Below the pieces are notes generated by a model. The model saw nothing but the letters and a program-made list of their open reading frames with translations. It was not told the origin of the DNA and did not search any database. This document shows positions 60,400 through 64,000 of a stretch of DNA of 64,000 bases, in pieces (the stretch's first letter is position 1; every line of letters starts with the position of its first letter). The stretch is from Bacteroidota bacterium. Its GTDB lineage: Bacteria > Bacteroidota > Bacteroidia > NS11-12g > UBA9320. The translations under genes and the position numbers were made by a program. The stretch is from contig WGNA01000011.1 in assembly GCA_016124755.1 (NCBI GenBank), forward strand, positions 317,211 through 381,210, read 5' to 3'.

Positions 60400-60478
60400 T
60401 TGAAGTATAATTCGCCAGGCAAAGGTGAGGTTCTCCCGGTCGCAGAATCCAAAGAGATTAGGTGGCCGGGATTTTTTA
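60400..60478 (+). promoter_or_regulatory. Structured 5' leader with alternative terminator (riboswitch/attenuator candidate)
   Basis: Hairpins TCGCC/GGTGA and GGTTCT/AGAATC; competing stem TCCCGGTCGC/GTGGCCGGGA followed by TTTTTT. Confidence 0.5.
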
Positions 60479-60537
60479 TTTCGGATTGTACCCAACCTGC
60501 TCTTACGTTATTCCGTATATGCAGGCAAACATCCGAC

Positions 60538-62241
60538 ATGAAAACCCAAATCTATCTTCTGAGCATCCTAATTTTCGCAACCGTTTACAGTGCGCAGGGA
60601 TCAACCAATGTTTCTTCGGTTATCACGAGTAATCAAACCTGGAATATGGCAGGAAGTCCCTATTTTATTCCGGATAGCACTTTAATTCCAAATGGTGTAA
60701 AGCTCACAATCATGCCTGGAGTGAAGGTTTTTAACAAATCTGTTAAAGGCAAATTAATTGTTCAGGGAGAATTACAAGCTAGGGGGAAGTCGGGGAGTTT
60801 GGTGGATTTTAGTATTGACTCCATCATTTTCAGGGACAGTTCTGGGCATTACAATCCGGCAACAGGTTCAGGGTGCATGTTAGATTTTTGTACGATGGTG
60901 GCAGATGTTACCTTAACGGGTTCCGGGGTTTTCTTTAAAAAATGCAAATTCCGTAAAGCACCCGGTTATTATGGAATGTTTAAGATAAATCGTTCCGGTA
61001 TACTTTCAGAACTCACGCTAGATAGTTGCGATGTGAACAAATATTATTTTGCCACCAGCAGAGATTACGTATCCAAGCCGCTTTGGGGAGATCCAATTTG
61101 GCCGGCTAACGAGAAGTTTATTTTAAAAATAACTAATTCCATTATTTCGGAATCTGCATTTATGATACAGGGAGATCTGGAAATGAAAAGTAATGTATTT
61201 ACCCGAATTGATTCCAGTCACTTTTTTATTGTTAATCGCGGACTTATTCAATGCAACAAAATAACTGAAACCACAACTTTACATTTGCACATTGATAAAA
61301 ATGACACCGGGTCTTTTAGTTTTAATACCCTTGACAGTGTTGGTGTGAAGGAATTTAAAACTACATTGAATAATGTTTATGGAATGCTCAATGTTCATGC
61401 GTCTTCCCCAACACCTGATTTTAAGATAGAGTACAATAATTTTTTACATTTATATCAAAATGCCTGGTGGCCCAATAAACCAGATTTCAAATTGGTTTTG
61501 AAATTGGATTCAGCTCAAAAATCAACTTTTACTTATGATGTGAAAAAAAATTACTGGGGCACGATAAATAAATCAGAAATTGAAGGTTTTATCCTCGACG
61601 CGAACGACAGTCCACAAATGAACGCAACAGTTTTGTACGATGATTTTCTGAAACAACCGGTTAAGATGTGTCTTGATATTCCGGGTTGTCAGGCGTATTT
61701 TTATTTTGGAATTGATACTACAAAACCGGATGAAATGCTGATTATAGATGCGAGTACGGGAACCGATAACCAAACCAATTATTACTGGACCTTTGGTGAT
61801 GGCAACGTTTCAACAGACAGCACACCGTCTCACGTATATGCTTCGGCGGGTAAGTATATTTTATGTTTATATATCCAAAATCCGGATACTACTTGTAAAA
61901 GTGAATTTTGCGATACTGTTGATGCAACTAAATCCGGATTTAAAATTAAAGTATGGAAAGATAAAAATGTGGGATTAAGTGAGTTAGGGGGAGTTGAATT
62001 AGCCGGTGTTTATCCTAATCCCTCTAATGGTAGTTTTAACCTGCATTTGCAAAAAATGTATTTTGATGATGTGCAATTGGGAATTTATGATGAATACGGA
62101 AGAATAATATGGGAGCAAGTTATAAAGCCCGGTTGTCAAATTGTTGCCGTACAAATGCCGGAAGGATCAGACGGGTTGTATTTTCTTAGGATCCGGACTT
62201 CAGAAGGACTATCGGTTAAAAAAATGGTGATTCGTCGCTGA
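60538..62241 (+). CDS. T9SS type A cargo protein with beta-helix-like N-terminus and PKD domain
   Basis: Start MKTQIYLLS; W...GSPY...L.I.PGV; PKD YYWTFGDG...PSHVY..AGKY; CTD VYPNPSNG...GLYFLRI...KKMVIR. Confidence 0.85.
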   Translation: MKTQIYLLSILIFATVYSAQGSTNVSSVITSNQTWNMAGSPYFIPDSTLIPNGVKLTIMPGVKVFNKSVKGKLIVQGELQARGKSGSLVDFSIDSIIFRDSSGHYNPATGSGCMLDFCTMVADVTLTGSGVFFKKCKFRKAPGYYGMFKINRSGILSELTLDSCDVNKYYFATSRDYVSKPLWGDPIWPANEKFILKITNSIISESAFMIQGDLEMKSNVFTRIDSSHFFIVNRGLIQCNKITETTTLHLHIDKNDTGSFSFNTLDSVGVKEFKTTLNNVYGMLNVHASSPTPDFKIEYNNFLHLYQNAWWPNKPDFKLVLKLDSAQKSTFTYDVKKNYWGTINKSEIEGFILDANDSPQMNATVLYDDFLKQPVKMCLDIPGCQAYFYFGIDTTKPDEMLIIDASTGTDNQTNYYWTFGDGNVSTDSTPSHVYASAGKYILCLYIQNPDTTCKSEFCDTVDATKSGFKIKVWKDKNVGLSELGGVELAGVYPNPSNGSFNLHLQKMYFDDVQLGIYDEYGRIIWEQVIKPGCQIVAVQMPEGSDGLYFLRIRTSEGLSVKKMVIRR

Positions 62242-62253
62242 GGAAATTCCCGA

Positions 62254-62826
62254 ATGACGGAATCAGATATCATACGGGGTTGTGTTAAGAATGACAGGCG
62301 TTGTCAGAATCAGCTGTATCAACAGTATTTTCCTCTGATGAGCAGTATTGCACGTCGGTATTTCGAAAGCCGGGACGATGCTCTGATGGCAATTAATTAT
62401 GGCTTTCTGAAGGTCTTGCAAAACATCGAAAAATTTAATCCGGAATATTCATTGGCCACATGGATACGGAACATTTTAATTAATCATATCGTGGATGAAT
62501 TGCGGAAGAAGAAATCCTATGCAGATTATATTCAACTGAGCGATGCCGAGGAGGATTTTAATCAAGCACAAACAAATTTAACAGAGGGGAAATGGGAGGA
62601 AGAAGAGTTGCGAACCATGTTGGCCGCATTACCACAGTCGACGGCAAATGTCTTTAATCTCTTTGCGATGGACGGCTTTTCGCACCGTGAAATTGCTGTA
62701 AAGTTGAGGATTTCGGAGGGAACCAGCAAGTGGCATGTTAGTGAAGCCCGCAAACGGTTAAAGGTTTTGTTAAACCAAAAATTGAAATGTGAAAATAAGT
62801 TGGGAATAACGGATTCAATGAAATGA
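62254..62826 (+). CDS. ECF RNA polymerase sigma factor
   Basis: Q..LY..Y, GFLKV, TWIRNILIN (region 2); VFNLFAMDGFSHREIA.KL.ISEGTSKW (region 4). Confidence 0.92.
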   Translation: MTESDIIRGCVKNDRRCQNQLYQQYFPLMSSIARRYFESRDDALMAINYGFLKVLQNIEKFNPEYSLATWIRNILINHIVDELRKKKSYADYIQLSDAEEDFNQAQTNLTEGKWEEEELRTMLAALPQSTANVFNLFAMDGFSHREIAVKLRISEGTSKWHVSEARKRLKVLLNQKLKCENKLGITDSMK

Positions 62827-64000
62827 ACAGAATTGACGAAATATTCCGTAAAGGTTTATCGGATAAGGGTTTTGAATACACCGATTCTTATTGGTCGGAT
62901 ATGGAGAAATTACTGCCAGCTAATGAAAAAAGGGTTGTGCCTTTATTTCGATTCAAATCGTGGATTTGGTTGCTGATAGTACCCCTTTTTTCAACTCTTT
63001 GGTTTTTGAATTTTAGTGGTGCTGAAGTTTCAGCGGGAGCCAGAAGTATTACAAACTTATCGGCAAAGTGGATGAGCAAAATCAAATTAACAAAAGCCAA
63101 AGAAGATGAGGAAACGAAAGAAGACAGCAATCTTGTTATGGGAGAATTAAAAAATTCAGAAGACCAAATTTACAGGTTGACTCCGAGTGTTAAAAAGTCT
63201 GTTGGAGATAATTTAGAAATAAGTGATAAGGTATGTAATCTTAGCCAATACGATACCTCGAACCAATTGTTGAAAGGTGACTTTCCGGAGGATTTGGATT
63301 ATGTAAGTAAAGGGAAACCCAATTTTAATCTTTCACAAAAGCCGATTCCGCCTTTCAGCGAAAACCGGATTTCTTTTTATCCATTGAAAGAGCTGGATAC
63401 TTTCATTGAACAAAAAAATAACAAAACAATTTTTAGTAAAGTTCAATTGGAATTTTCTCCTTTAATTGGGTATGTTTTGTATAAACCTGTGGTAATCTCA
63501 AATGACGAAATACAAACTGCAAAGCAAATATTGAATTCACCAGAGGTGGGACTTCGTATTTCCGCGGGATACCGACATCTGACTTTACAAACAGGATTCT
63601 CATTATTCACATTAAAGGAAAAAACGAATTATAAAAACCCGGTAGACTTTTGGACTTATGATACATCGATAGTTAGAGTTCAGACTTATTACAGTTCAAC
63701 AAATTCAGGCAACCGAATTGATTTATTTTCAACCCAAATTGATTCAAACCGAACGGTGGAACAAGAAGATTTTTGTCCGGGATGTTTAGCACAATTCCGT
63801 TACGTAAATATTCCTTTACAACTGGGTTATGAATTCAGATACAACCGGCTTCAGTTCTCTGTAGCTGCAGGTTCGGGACTTATGCTGATGCAGAAATCAA
63901 CCGGTTTCTATCAACCTGTTTCAAAGGATAATGGCAATCTAAAAGAGGCACCTTACCTGAAAATATCGGATCAGGTAAAGATGCGATTTGTCGAATTGAA
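62823..64000 (+). CDS. Putative anti-sigma/outer-membrane beta-barrel protein, 3' end outside window
   Basis: Manual translation MNRIDEIFRKGL...YWSDMEKLL, then a TM segment, later YVNIPLQLGYEF barrel-type strand; ATGA overlap with sigma gene. Confidence 0.7.
   Translation, partial: MNRIDEIFRKGLSDKGFEYTDSYWSDMEKLLPANEKRVVPLFRFKSWIWLLIVPLFSTLWFLNFSGAEVSAGARSITNLSAKWMSKIKLTKAKEDEETKEDSNLVMGELKNSEDQIYRLTPSVKKSVGDNLEISDKVCNLSQYDTSNQLLKGDFPEDLDYVSKGKPNFNLSQKPIPPFSENRISFYPLKELDTFIEQKNNKTIFSKVQLEFSPLIGYVLYKPVVISNDEIQTAKQILNSPEVGLRISAGYRHLTLQTGFSLFTLKEKTNYKNPVDFWTYDTSIVRVQTYYSSTNSGNRIDLFSTQIDSNRTVEQEDFCPGCLAQFRYVNIPLQLGYEFRYNRLQFSVAAGSGLMLMQKSTGFYQPVSKDNGNLKEAPYLKISDQVKMRFVEL

Noticed and set aside
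60400-60478. SAH or c-di-GMP-I riboswitch (GCCAGGC, GGCAAA)
   Set aside because: Only short words match. The SAH GAGGAGCGCUGC segment and the GEMM GNRA-capped P2 plus GCAAAGC are absent. Kept as an unclassified leader.
60010-60537. 176-aa N-terminal extension of the PKD/T9SS ORF
   Set aside because: Overlaps the glycosylasparaginase gene antisense and the leader; a proper signal peptide starts at 60538.

Overview
A 64 kb chromosomal segment of a Bacteroidota bacterium. The assignment rests on TAnnTTTG promoters, T9SS-sorted proteins and a Bacteroidota-type porin. The first ~25.5 kb is mostly housekeeping: DAG-kinase-family gene, fbp, lysC, fdx-iscX-kdsC, ilvE, uvrD/pcrA, rfbC, kynA, chrA, gcvP, nfeD-floA. 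Two intergenic gaps there look like independent small-RNA loci with operator-like palindromes. The region from 25.6 to 37.6 kb is accessory: T9SS cargo genes separated by several families of non-coding repeats (a 57-bp hairpin, a 149-bp element with terminal inverted repeats, a 110-bp tandem repeat), a Crp/Fnr-persulfide dioxygenase pair, and an antitoxin with a truncated toxin between 39-bp direct repeats. The best candidate for an uncharacterised system is a tightly coupled six-gene operon (37672-45485, minus strand): long coiled-coil protein, unknown protein, classical-clade AAA+ ATPase, DUF6638-like protein and two membrane proteins. Beyond it lie three tandem ~1070-1090 aa MORN-variant/YwqK-repeat paralogues, a glycosylasparaginase, and a T9SS cargo-ECF sigma-anti-sigma locus with a riboswitch-like leader. 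No rRNA, tRNA, CRISPR array, integrase or transposase was recognised. All family calls are by eye; no database search was run.
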